Positions 23,825 through 33,019 of a stretch of DNA of 64,000 nt are shown here, piece by piece. This DNA comes from Patescibacteria group bacterium. Its GTDB lineage: Bacteria > Patescibacteriota > Minisyncoccia > UBA6257 > 2-01-FULL-56-20. The notes under the pieces were generated by a model that was not told where the DNA came from, searched no databases, and saw only the letters and a list, made by a program, of their open reading frames with translations. Numbering within the stretch: the first letter of the stretch is position 1; every line of letters starts with the position of its first letter. The stretch covers positions 3,236 through 67,235 of the forward strand of contig JAGWKM010000002.1 in assembly GCA_028865305.1 (NCBI GenBank), read 5' to 3'. A program made the position numbers and the translations under genes.

Positions 23825-24514
23825 ATGATCGTTTTCCAGGGCGTTTCGAAGATTTATAAGAACGGCGAAACTTCTACGGCACTTGACGACACGACCTTCG
23901 AGATCGGCCCGGGCGAGTTTGTTTCTCTCTCGGGGCGCTCCGGCGCTGGCAAATCCACCATCATCCGGCTTTTGATCGGCGAGGAAAAACCGAGCAAGGG
24001 CCGCGTTTTTTTTGGCCAATACGAGGTGAACAAACTGAAGGATAATGAATTGCCGGCTTTTCGGCGGCATATTGGCGTCGTTTTCCAGGATTTCCGGCTC
24101 TTGCCGACCAAAACCGCCTATGAAAACGTAGCATTTGCGTTGGAAGTAGCCGGACGGCCGCAACGGGAGATCATGGAGCTTGTGCCGCAGGTGCTCGAAA
24201 TGGTTGGGCTTGGCGACAAGACAAAGAACTTTCCAAACCAGCTTTCCGGCGGCGAACGCCAGCGGGTTGCGATAGCGCGGGCGATGGTCCACCGGCCGGA
24301 GGTTATTATTGCGGACGAACCGACGGGCAACCTCGATCACTTCCATACGTTTGAAATCATCAAACTGCTCGAAAAGATCAACCAACTTGGCACCACGGTG
24401 CTCCTTGCAACGCACGACCGCGAAGTCATCAACTCCCTCGAGCGCCGCGTGATAACATTAGACAAGGGACGGATCATCCGCGACGAACCCAAGGGTAAAT
24501 ACATTCTCGTATAA
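23825..24514 (+). CDS. ftsE: cell division ATP-binding protein FtsE
   Basis: ABC ATPase: [34 protein letters not shown]. Followed by ftsX. Confidence 0.93.
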   Translation: MIVFQGVSKIYKNGETSTALDDTTFEIGPGEFVSLSGRSGAGKSTIIRLLIGEEKPSKGRVFFGQYEVNKLKDNELPAFRRHIGVVFQDFRLLPTKTAYENVAFALEVAGRPQREIMELVPQVLEMVGLGDKTKNFPNQLSGGERQRVAIARAMVHRPEVIIADEPTGNLDHFHTFEIIKLLEKINQLGTTVLLATHDREVINSLERRVITLDKGRIIRDEPKGKYILV

Positions 24515-24545
24515 ATTCTAAATTTCTCATATTATTTCATTTCCA

Positions 24546-25454
24546 ATGTTTACAGTCATCTCAAGAATTTTCCATTTCGGCTTCAAGAATTTCTGGCGGA
24601 ACGGCTGGCTTTCGACGGTTACCGTGATCATCATGACCCTCGCGCTCTTTGTTTTCGTCGGCCTCATCCTTTTCAACGTCACGACCGGCGCGGCGGCGTC
24701 CTCGATTGAAAATAAAATAGATATCAGCGTTTATTTCAACACGAACACTCCCGAAGACCAGATCCTGAACATCCAGCAGTCGCTCCAATCCCTCCCGCAG
24801 GTGCAAAGCGTCGATTATATTTCCCGCGACCAGGCGCTCGCCATTTTCACCGAGACCCACGCAAACGACCCCACGATCAGCCAAGCCATTGGCGAGCTCG
24901 GCTCGAATCCGCTTGAAGCATCGCTCAGCATCAAGGCGAAAGATCCGAGCCAATACGGCACCATAGCCACCTATCTCTCATCCTCATCGCTTTCCCAGTA
25001 CATCGATTCGATCAGTTATACGCAAAACCAAGACATTATCGACCGTTTGGCGCGCATCGTAAAAGATGTTGAAATCGGCGGCTCTGTTGTTGCCCTCATC
25101 CTGACGCTTATCGCCGGACTCGTTGTTTTCAACACCATCCGCCTCGCAATCTATTCGAACCGCGAGGAAATCGGCGTCATGCGCGTCGTTGGCGCCTCGA
25201 ACAGCATGGCTCGCGGGCCGTATGTCGTCGAAGGCATACTTTGCGGCATTATTTCCTCCGTCGTGGCGCTTGCCATCATTGCGCCGGTCCTTTATTTCAT
25301 CAACCCCTACCTGAATGTCTTTATCCCGGGCCTCGAGCTTTTTCACTATTATTACACCCACATTTTGTCGATCTTCCTCTATGCGGTCCTCTTTAGCGCC
25401 ATCGTCGGCGGGCTCTCGAGCTTTATTGCGGTCAAAAGATATTTGAAAAACTAG
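24546..25454 (+). CDS. ftsX: cell division permease-like protein FtsX
   Basis: 302 aa. N-terminal TM, periplasmic domain, and three C-terminal TMs. Position after ftsE. Confidence 0.88.
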   Translation: MFTVISRIFHFGFKNFWRNGWLSTVTVIIMTLALFVFVGLILFNVTTGAAASSIENKIDISVYFNTNTPEDQILNIQQSLQSLPQVQSVDYISRDQALAIFTETHANDPTISQAIGELGSNPLEASLSIKAKDPSQYGTIATYLSSSSLSQYIDSISYTQNQDIIDRLARIVKDVEIGGSVVALILTLIAGLVVFNTIRLAIYSNREEIGVMRVVGASNSMARGPYVVEGILCGIISSVVALAIIAPVLYFINPYLNVFIPGLELFHYYYTHILSIFLYAVLFSAIVGGLSSFIAVKRYLKN

Positions 25455-25526
25455 GAGGAGCAGGCGTTTGCGTTTAAAGCGGCGCAATCCTCATTACTTT
25501 TGCGGGGTCGAGAATCCACGCCGCCC

Positions 25527-25567
25527 GAAAAAACCGGTAAAACCGATGTTTTCTGCCGGTTTTTTTG
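25527..25567 (+). terminator. rho-independent terminator
   Basis: AAAAAACCGG...CCGGTTTTTTT. Confidence 0.6.
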
Positions 25568-25624
25568 TTCATAAATTTGTTAGAATTTTTTTATTTTTTG
25601 TTTAGGCGGAGTGTGGATAATATC

Positions 25625-25705
25625 AGTAACAAGCGGCCAGCAACCATGAGTAAGAGATAAAGCTATCCTCTGCTCCTGAATACTGTTTACCGGCTCCTTG
25701 TTGCT
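25625..25705 (+). repeat. imperfect long hairpin built from inverted heptad arrays, ending 5 nt before the response-regulator ATG
   Basis: AGTAACAAGCGGCC (25625-25638) pairs with GGCTCCTTGTTGCT (25692-25705), with two G-U pairs that only work on the + strand. Inner pairing GAGTAAGAG/CTCTGCTC. Confidence 0.6.
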
Positions 25706-25710
25706 ATTCC

Positions 25711-26436
25711 ATGCGCATCCTGCTTATCGAGGACGAGAAGGAAATTGCGAATTTTGTAGTAAACGGCTTGCGGGCTGAACGGTTTGCCGTGGATTGGGCC
25801 GACAGCGCCGAAAAAGGGCTCGCCTGGGCGCGGCTCAGTTCCTATGACCTTGGCATATTCGACGTCAAACTGCAGGGCGGGATAACCGGCATTGAGGCCT
25901 GCCGGCGGCTCCGCGAGCGAGGCATTGGATTCCCCATCATAATCCTCTCCGTGATGAATGACGCCATTACCAAAGTGAAAGCACTGAACCTCGGCGCGGA
26001 TGATTATCTCCAAAAACCGTTTTTCATGGCGGAACTCATTGCCCGCGTCCGGGCACTCCTTCGGCGCGAGAAAAAGACGGAAAATCCGGTGTTCAAAGTT
26101 GCCGATTTGATTCTGGACACCATCAAGCACACCGTTATCCGGGGCGATAAGCCCATTAAGCTTAACCGTAAAGAATTCAGCTTGCTCGAATATTTTATGC
26201 GGAACCAGGGAATCACCTTGACGCGCGCGATGATTTTGGAACACGTATGGGACGCCAACGCGGATCCATTTACAAACACGGTCGACGTGCATATCCGGTT
26301 TTTGCGGCAAAAAATCGATGATGGGTTTAAGGAAAAATTAATCAAAACCGTGCATGGATATGGGTATAAACTGGAGGCGAAACCGGACGGGCCGCAAACG
26401 GCAGGGACCGGAAAACGGCAAACGGCAAAACCATGA
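25711..26436 (+). CDS. OmpR/PhoB-family response regulator
   Basis: Receiver domain (RILLIEDE..., FDVKL) plus winged-helix domain (RKEFSLLEYFMRN...VDVHIRFLRQKI). Unusual C-terminal tail EAKPDGPQTAGTGKRQTAKP. Confidence 0.92.
   Translation: MRILLIEDEKEIANFVVNGLRAERFAVDWADSAEKGLAWARLSSYDLGIFDVKLQGGITGIEACRRLRERGIGFPIIILSVMNDAITKVKALNLGADDYLQKPFFMAELIARVRALLRREKKTENPVFKVADLILDTIKHTVIRGDKPIKLNRKEFSLLEYFMRNQGITLTRAMILEHVWDANADPFTNTVDVHIRFLRQKIDDGFKEKLIKTVHGYGYKLEAKPDGPQTAGTGKRQTAKP
26381..26429 (+). repeat. heptad array encoding the regulator C-terminal tail
   Basis: aaccgga cgggccg caaacgg cagggac cggaaaa cggcaaa cggcaaa. Confidence 0.65.
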
Positions 26437-27200
26437 ACCCCGAATCATCTCAATCAAAATTTCTTGCTGACGCAGCGCACGAATTCCAGACGCCGCTTGC
26501 CATCCTGCGTATGAGCCTGGAAACCCTGCCAACCGGCCGGACGATGCGGGAGCGGCGCGCGCGGCAAGTTATGGAAGCGACGCTTGACCGCTTGAGCCGC
26601 CTGGTGAATGGTTTGCTTTTAGCCGCACGACTGAACCACGCCGAGAATTCGCTCGCGCGCGATGAATTGGACCTGCTGCGCCTTGTCGGCGAGACCTGCG
26701 AGGATTGCCTGATACTTGCCCAGAATAAAGGAATTGCACTCACCTACCCCGATCATACCCCCTCGCGCCCGGACGCATCGAGCTCTCTCCTTATATCCGG
26801 CGACCGCGACCGGCTGAAAGAAACCTTTTTAAATTTATTGAGCAACGCTTTCAAGCACACCCCGCCCGGCGGAAGAGTTTCCATCGATGTAAAAACCAAC
26901 GGTCGAATGGCGGAAATCTCAGTTGCCGATACCGGCTCGGGCATTTCCAGGGATAATTTGCCGAACATTTTTGAACGTTTTTACCGCATTAATGATGGAG
27001 CTCATCCCGGCATCGGCATCGGCCTCCATTTATCAAAACAAATCATCGAAGCGCATGGCGGAACTATAATTGCCGAAAGCGAACCCGGCCAAGGCGCGCG
27101 GTTCACTGTTCGGCTGCCGCTTGCTCGGGGAATCTCCGAAGGCGTCCTTCGTGCGGAAAGGCGCCCTCAATCCGAATCAGCCAAAGCCGTGTTACAATGA
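26433..27200 (+). CDS. histidine kinase core (DHp + HATPase_c) without sensor or TM region
   Basis: H-box AAHEFQTPLAIL starts about residue 13. N/G boxes LLSNAFKHT, DTGSGI, GIGIGL. ATGA start/stop overlap with the regulator. Confidence 0.88.
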   Translation: MNPESSQSKFLADAAHEFQTPLAILRMSLETLPTGRTMRERRARQVMEATLDRLSRLVNGLLLAARLNHAENSLARDELDLLRLVGETCEDCLILAQNKGIALTYPDHTPSRPDASSSLLISGDRDRLKETFLNLLSNAFKHTPPGGRVSIDVKTNGRMAEISVADTGSGISRDNLPNIFERFYRINDGAHPGIGIGLHLSKQIIEAHGGTIIAESEPGQGARFTVRLPLARGISEGVLRAERRPQSESAKAVLQ

Positions 27201-27204
27201 ACTT

Positions 27205-27963
27205 ATGGAACGAACCTATATTATGAACCAGCCAACGCTTTACACCCAGCATGATAACGATCTCGTGCTTGACGCTCCGAGGGAGAAGGAATACCGCATC
27301 AAGGACCTTCCTGCCGAGGAAAAGCCGCGGGAAAAACTCCTCAAATACGGACCCGGACACCTTTCGGCCGTTGAACTTTTCGCCGTACTTCTGAATGTCG
27401 GCACTATGAAAGAGGACGTGCTTTCCATGTCCCGGCGGCTCATCAAAGAATACGGGGACACCGGCATCGCAAACCAAAAAGATCCCAAAAAGCTCGAATC
27501 AATGCTCGGCATTCCGCTCGCGAAGGCCTGCCAAGTGGTGGCTTGTTTTGAACTCGGCCGGCGATTTTTTCAGTCGCCGACCCCGACGAAACCGGCTGCC
27601 ATTCGAACACCGAGCCAGGTTTTCGAATATCTCAAGGAAATGCGCGACCTGCCGAAAGAACATTTGCGCGGCATTTATCTCGACAGCCATTACCAGGTCA
27701 TCCATAACGAACTGATCTCGGTTGGCAGTTTGAATTCGAACATCATCCACCCGCGCGAAGTATTCCGGCCGGCGCTCGAGTTTTCCGCTTCGGCGATTAT
27801 CCTGGCGCACAATCATCCATCCGGCATCGCAAAAGCGAGCGAGCAGGATATCCTGATCACCCGCCAAATTATCGAAGCCGGAAAAATCCTCGGCATAAGC
27901 GTCTTGGACCACGTGATTATCGCAAAAGAAAATTTTGAAAGCGTCCCCGTGGAATATAATTGA
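27205..27963 (+). CDS. radC: RadC-family JAB/MPN domain protein
   Basis: ELLAVLL-type HhH region (VELFAVLLNVG) and the JAMM motif ILAHNHPSG. ATG at 27205 is chosen over 27070, which overlaps the kinase. Confidence 0.88.
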   Translation: MERTYIMNQPTLYTQHDNDLVLDAPREKEYRIKDLPAEEKPREKLLKYGPGHLSAVELFAVLLNVGTMKEDVLSMSRRLIKEYGDTGIANQKDPKKLESMLGIPLAKACQVVACFELGRRFFQSPTPTKPAAIRTPSQVFEYLKEMRDLPKEHLRGIYLDSHYQVIHNELISVGSLNSNIIHPREVFRPALEFSASAIILAHNHPSGIAKASEQDILITRQIIEAGKILGISVLDHVIIAKENFESVPVEYN

Positions 27964-28201
27964 AGAATAATTCGTTTAATTTGCCGACCGCTTTTGAAGC
28001 GAATATTATTTTCCCAAAAATCCGGCCGACCGGAGCCCGGGGCATTCAATTTGCTTTTATATTTGCACCTTGCTAATTTTAAATTAGCTTCTTCACTATT
28101 CGGCGGGCGACGAAGGATGCGACTTCGCTCGCAAACGACCATTAATGCGGCATGCGGCCATGCCGCGTGATTTCAGAACTTCGCATCTTCTCCTTTGAAA
28201 G

Positions 28202-28230
28202 GGGGCGCTCCGGCGCCCCTTCTCTTTTTA
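28202..28230 (+). terminator. orphan rho-independent terminator (no upstream CDS)
   Basis: GGGGCGC-tccg-GCGCCCC followed by TTCTCTTTTT. Confidence 0.65.
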
Positions 28231-28273
28231 TTTGTAATTCTCCGCTTTTTGCGGCACAATAGGTGAAATAAAA

Positions 28274-28363
<90 letters not shown>

Positions 28364-28474
28364 GATGTCCAAGTTTGAACCGAAGAAAAATTAAGAGTTT
28401 TATGGAGGACGTGGACAAAATTGACATAGCGCAAATGCGATCGGGAATGGTTTAATTTTATCGGACGTTTTAGG

Positions 28475-29224
28475 ATGCTGGATTATCTTATAAGCCGCTT
28501 TAATTCGTTCACTCTTGGCTCGGATATTACCGCAGAGAATTTGAGACCTCAGATCAAAAGGAATTTCAAATATATCCCCGCTTCAAAAATTATCATTATT
28601 TGCCTGCCTGGTTGGGGCGGAAAATTAAATAAGTGGAAGTTTCTTGAGAAATATGCGAGCGGCTCACGCGCATCGTTTTTGGCTTATGAATTTCCTCGCG
28701 GGATTTTTTCCGACCAAAAAGACCGGACAAGGGAATTGTTTGAGGAAGTTAACACATTCGTAAGGGACGAAATTAAAAATTTAAAGGATAAATACAAATT
28801 TGAGAAATGCATTCTTGTTTGCATCAGTCTGGCCTCTTCTTATGGCTCATTGATTTATAAAGACAATCCCGATATCAATGAAATTATTCTTGTCGCTCCG
28901 GGTGAAGATATAGCGAAAGATATGTGGCATGGATGCCGAACCCAGCATTTCCGAAAATCGTATGAGAAGCAGGGATTTAATGAAGCGCAGCTGATTGAAG
29001 CTTGGAGCGGACTAGCTTCAAAAAACAATTTTCCCACCCGGGGAGCGAAGATAAAAATTTTGCTGGGAAGGAGCGACGGGGTCATACCTTATGAGTTCAG
29101 TCATGTATTGGTTGAAATTTATAAGCAATTTCGCTTAAATGTTGTCGAAAGAACATTTCCTCTTGGCCACTATTTTTTGATTTCGTATTTTTTGCTGTTG
29201 CCGGGGCATTTTTTGCAGTTATAA
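28475..29224 (+). CDS. hypothetical protein, possible alpha/beta-fold hydrolase
   Basis: 249-aa ORF. LPGWGG and a nucleophile-elbow-like CISLASSYG. The family assignment is weak. Confidence 0.55.
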   Translation: MLDYLISRFNSFTLGSDITAENLRPQIKRNFKYIPASKIIIICLPGWGGKLNKWKFLEKYASGSRASFLAYEFPRGIFSDQKDRTRELFEEVNTFVRDEIKNLKDKYKFEKCILVCISLASSYGSLIYKDNPDINEIILVAPGEDIAKDMWHGCRTQHFRKSYEKQGFNEAQLIEAWSGLASKNNFPTRGAKIKILLGRSDGVIPYEFSHVLVEIYKQFRLNVVERTFPLGHYFLISYFLLLPGHFLQL

Positions 29225-29318
29225 TACTATTCAAACACCGTCTCGCGCTCTCCGCGGAGATATTTTATCGAGGAACCTCCGGACGAAACGGCAGCGCGAC
29301 CAGAATACATTATAATTT

Positions 29319-30287
29319 ATGCGATCAGCCATGAATGAAATCCTTGAAACTACAAAATTCGTCGCAGACAATTCCAAACAGGTCTTCCTCGACCATTCTC
29401 GGATAATAGAATTTGCAGGGAACTTTCGCCGTGGCGCGGCTTCGCATTGGCTTAGTGCTTCACCGGTTGGTTATGCGCATCTTACAAATCAGCAAAAGCT
29501 AGATTTATTACTCGTCTTCAACTCCATAAGCTTTTCGTACTGGGGCGACCCCAAGTGGACCATTGAATATAAAGGTGGGCGATATGATGGTTCGTGGGCG
29601 ATGATTATTTGTATTATCCGAGCGATAGATGAAAAAATTCCGATTCTCGATGCGCAATTTCGCTCAAGTATGAGCCGGGAAGATTTTAGAAAGTTCTTAA
29701 GAGGTAATATAGAAATTCCGCTATTCGAGGAAAGATGGAACATTACAAAGGAAATTGGCGGCGGACTCTTGAAAGGATATGGCGGCAACTTTGCAAATTT
29801 TATTAAAAGTGCGGGCGGTGACGGCCTTCGGCTTTTAAAGCTCATCATCAAAACTTTTCCCTCATTTGATGATGTCGCCCAATATGGCGGCAGGCCTGTT
29901 TATTTTTACAAACGCGCCCAATTATTAGTAGAGGATATTTACCAAGCTTTCGGAGGTGAGGGCTATGGAAGTTTAAAGAACATGGATCAATTTACCGCGT
30001 GCGCCGATTACAAACTCCCCCAATCGTTGCGCCGACTTGGAATTATGAAGTATGCCGAATCCCTTTCCGGCAAGATCGACAATAAAATACCGCTTCCGTC
30101 CGGCAGCGAAGAGGAGGTTGAGATTCGCGCAAACACGATCTGGGCCGTGGAATTTATAAAGCAAGCGTTGCAAAATGACGGACAAAATGCGACGTCAATC
30201 GGCGTTAATGATCACCTCTGGCTAATGGGACAGGATAAGCAAAACAATCACCAGCCGTATCATCGAACCCGAACTACAGCATATTAA
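29319..30287 (+). CDS. DUF2419 / queuosine-salvage (QNG1-like) family protein
   Basis: SFSYWGDPKW and ADYKLPQSLRRLGI motifs recalled from the family. The real start may be MNEIL at 29331. Confidence 0.7.
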   Translation: MRSAMNEILETTKFVADNSKQVFLDHSRIIEFAGNFRRGAASHWLSASPVGYAHLTNQQKLDLLLVFNSISFSYWGDPKWTIEYKGGRYDGSWAMIICIIRAIDEKIPILDAQFRSSMSREDFRKFLRGNIEIPLFEERWNITKEIGGGLLKGYGGNFANFIKSAGGDGLRLLKLIIKTFPSFDDVAQYGGRPVYFYKRAQLLVEDIYQAFGGEGYGSLKNMDQFTACADYKLPQSLRRLGIMKYAESLSGKIDNKIPLPSGSEEEVEIRANTIWAVEFIKQALQNDGQNATSIGVNDHLWLMGQDKQNNHQPYHRTRTTAY

Positions 30288-30302
30288 ATCAGCTTTTTTC
30301 GC

Positions 30303-30315
30303 GGGGGGGGGGGGG
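30303..30315 (+). repeat. G13 homopolymer next to a T-arm-like fragment
   Basis: Counted 13 consecutive G. Followed by cgattcgaacccc (rc GGGGTTCGAATCG). Confidence 0.9.
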
Positions 30316-30585
30316 CGATTCGAACCCCTGTTTTTTTATTGATAAAATTAAAAACCCAACAAAAGCGGCAGCGCCATGGCGACCAAAATGGTTGGAATAC
30401 CAGAATCCATCTCAAAACTTGATTGCATCGGGAAAGGCCGCGATCTTCGGATAGATTCTAGTGCCCCCGCCGGATCTTCACATTTAAATCCCGATAAAAT
30501 GAGTTTTTAGGCAACAAAGAACCGCCTCCGGACATCACCTCCGCACCGGATTGGTTAGAATTTTAAATAGTTTTATACTGTTGGT

Positions 30586-31023
30586 ATGCCTGACTTTAAG
30601 TCCCATCCGCTTTTCAAAAAACTGTTTTCACTGGATCTGCCTCCCGAAGATTATGCGGTTTTTGGCAGCGGGCCGATGTATGCCCATGGCCTGCGGAAAG
30701 GGATTGCAGACCTGAATATCATCGCCCGCGGGAAAGCGTGGCAAAAAACGCACGAGTTTGGCGGAGAACAAACCGCGCACAGCGGCCTTGGCAAGGCAGT
30801 CCTACCGGCGGAGGGGATCCAAATTTATAATGCCTGGGGGCCGGGAAAGTGGACGGCGGACGAATTGATCGACACTTCCGAAATTATTGACGGCATCCGG
30901 TTCGTAACGCTCGACAAAGTGGCGGACTGGAAAGAATTGATGGGGCGGCCGAAAGATATCGAAGACGTGGAGGCGATCAAAACTTATCTGGAGAACCTGA
31001 AATCAGCGCGGAACTCCGGCTAG
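30586..31023 (+). CDS. hypothetical protein (145 aa)
   Basis: ORF with coding-like composition. Its stop overlaps the convergent LUD gene stop in a CTAG palindrome. Confidence 0.55.
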   Translation: MPDFKSHPLFKKLFSLDLPPEDYAVFGSGPMYAHGLRKGIADLNIIARGKAWQKTHEFGGEQTAHSGLGKAVLPAEGIQIYNAWGPGKWTADELIDTSEIIDGIRFVTLDKVADWKELMGRPKDIEDVEAIKTYLENLKSARNSG

Positions 31024-31643
31024 AATCCCAGTTTTTCGTTAACGAAAATGATGTGCGACTTCCGGCCTCCGAACGGCGGCTCGCGGTAGATGACGAGCAA
31101 TTTTGAAATAAAACTGCCCGGCGCGCCGGTCGATTTCATCCGCGCATCTTCCAGTGGAAAAACGTGTTCCCTGAGCCGCGCGAGAGCCGAATCGAGGTCG
31201 GGAGTGATTTTCTGCGCGCCGACGACAAGAATGAGATTCGGCGAAGTATAGACGAGATGCGGCAGCTGGCTGCCGGAATTGGAAGCGACCACGATTTCGC
31301 CGGTTTCCGCAATGGCGTGCGCGCTGCCGAGGTAAAAATCGGAAAGGACCGCCTGCCTGCGCAACGCCGCCTTTTTCGCCGGATCCGTTTCGGCAAAGAC
31401 GGCGGCGTGGAGATTGTTCCAGCCATGGTTCCCCTCCTGCAGAAACTGAACGAAGCCGATTTCTTCGAGCGTGCGCGATGCGCCGTTCATAATTGAAGCG
31501 CCGGCCGGAATCAATTCCTTAATCCGCCGGAGCGCCTCCGCGCGCGTTTCCGCAAACTCCGGCAGGTGTCCGCGTTCCGCGAGGGCGGCCATGGTTTTTT
31601 CTATGGTTATTTTCGAAGGAGTAGCGTCGTAGGCCATAAGCAT
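31020..31643 (-). CDS. LUD-domain (YkgG/LutC-like, DUF162) protein
   Basis: 207 aa. Motifs AETGEIVVASNSGSQ and LILVVGAQKI are consistent with the LUD family. Assigned from memory. Confidence 0.65.
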   Translation of the reverse strand: MLMAYDATPSKITIEKTMAALAERGHLPEFAETRAEALRRIKELIPAGASIMNGASRTLEEIGFVQFLQEGNHGWNNLHAAVFAETDPAKKAALRRQAVLSDFYLGSAHAIAETGEIVVASNSGSQLPHLVYTSPNLILVVGAQKITPDLDSALARLREHVFPLEDARMKSTGAPGSFISKLLVIYREPPFGGRKSHIIFVNEKLGF

Positions 31644-31691
31644 TCATTATACGATACGATAATGCCCCGATAAATGCTTCCGGAATGAAAA

Positions 31692-31925
31692 TCAATTTTC
31701 TTCCACCTCTATTTTCTTTATCTTTGCCGCAGGCGGACCCACCCTGCACCACTCAATGAATTTTCCAAGCGCCGGCTCCGCTCCCTCTGCGCAAACCGAA
31801 ACCGAGCCATCCGGCTCATTGCGCGGATCGGCATGAATGCCGAGTTCCGCGGCTTTTTTTGTTGCCGCATACCGAAATCCGACGCCCTGCACTTGGCCAT
31901 GTATTTTTATGACGATTTTCTTCAT
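31692..31925 (-). CDS. acyP: acylphosphatase
   Basis: MKKIVIKIHGQVQGVGFRYAATKKA... is the classic VxGxVQGVxFR motif. The internal ATG at 31925 is preferred over the 146-aa ORF. Confidence 0.85.
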   Translation of the reverse strand: MKKIVIKIHGQVQGVGFRYAATKKAAELGIHADPRNEPDGSVSVCAEGAEPALGKFIEWCRVGPPAAKIKKIEVEEN

Positions 31926-31959
31926 ATCCGGTTCACCTGTTTTAATATTTAATGGCAGT

Positions 31960-32175
31960 ATGCCCGAAAAAACAACCATCGAACGCGCGCGGCGGAAAAA
32001 ACGCGAAGGAAAAGCTTCAACCACGCAAGCCGGCGAATTCGTGCGCGAGGAGATGCGCCATAAACGCAGCGGCAAGCATCCGGTTAAATCGCGTAAACAG
32101 GCAATTGCGATTGGCCTTTCGAAAGCACGCAAGGCCGGCGTGAAAATACCGCCGCGATCGAAGCGAAAGAGATAA
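31960..32175 (+). CDS. small basic protein (DUF6496-like)
   Basis: MPEKTTIERARRKKREGKASTTQAGEFVREEM...RKQAIAIGLSKARKAG. Start at 31960 within ORF 31837..32175. Confidence 0.6.
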   Translation: MPEKTTIERARRKKREGKASTTQAGEFVREEMRHKRSGKHPVKSRKQAIAIGLSKARKAGVKIPPRSKRKR

Positions 32176-32239
32176 GAAAATAATAACGGCCCGGCAATCC
32201 GGACTCTTTATATTATCCGGCCCTGATTTTGGATCATTA

Positions 32240-32860
32240 CTATTCGTTTTCCTTGTTGAGGAGCGGCACAAACGCGAACCCTTCGAATTTTTTGTTTTCG
32301 AATTCCCCGGTTGCCGATTTCTTGAAAAGCCAAACGTCATTCCCAACCGGCACGACCATGCGGCCGCCGTTTGCCAGCTGGTCAAGCAACCGCCGCGGCA
32401 CTTCTTCCGCTGCGGCCGAAATCAGGATCTTGTCGAAGGGCGCGTCCTCCGGCAGGCCGAGCTCGTTTTCATGCGCCTGCACAATCTCGACGTTCGGACA
32501 ATCATATTTCACCAAATTGCGCTGGCCGAATTCGACGAGCTCCGGAACAATCTCAACGCCGCGCACTTCGCCGTTCGCGCCGACCATCTGGCCGAGCAGC
32601 GCCGTGGTCCAGCCAGAGCCGGAACCCACATCCAGGATGCTATCCCCTTCCTTCGGCTGGAGGAGCTCAAGCATGAACGCCACGACCGTCGGCTGGGAAA
32701 TCGTCTGGCCGTGGCCGATCGGAAGCGCCTCGTCCGCATATGCGGCGGGCGCATCTTCGGGCCGCACGAAATCAGCCCGGTCGATCCTTCGGAAGGCCTT
32801 AATGATCGAACGCGTCCGGAGCGTGCCGGATTCGATAAGCGATTGGATTAGTTCATCCAT
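32240..32860 (-). CDS. pcm: protein-L-isoaspartate O-methyltransferase
   Basis: GQTISQPTVVAFMLELL and ILDVGSGSGWTTALL motifs. Confidence 0.92.
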   Translation of the reverse strand: MDELIQSLIESGTLRTRSIIKAFRRIDRADFVRPEDAPAAYADEALPIGHGQTISQPTVVAFMLELLQPKEGDSILDVGSGSGWTTALLGQMVGANGEVRGVEIVPELVEFGQRNLVKYDCPNVEIVQAHENELGLPEDAPFDKILISAAAEEVPRRLLDQLANGGRMVVPVGNDVWLFKKSATGEFENKKFEGFAFVPLLNKENE

Positions 32861-33019
32861 GATTCATGGCCCGTCCCAAAGCTATGTCCGGACGCATTTC
32901 TCGTCCTTGTTCCCGCGGAAACCGGCGGCGGGCGCCCGTGGGCGCAGTTCGGGATGGCTCCATTATTATGGAACATCATTATGGAAATTCCGTGAGAATG
33001 TTTGGTAGAATGGAACCTG

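Noticed and set aside
27070-27204. ORF-track N-terminal extensions (radC from 27070; acyP 31692..32132; 31837 start; 51910..52689; 15909 start; 54131 TTG start)
   Set aside because: The extensions overlap neighbouring genes or antisense genes and have non-coding composition. Internal ATGs give canonical family N-termini.
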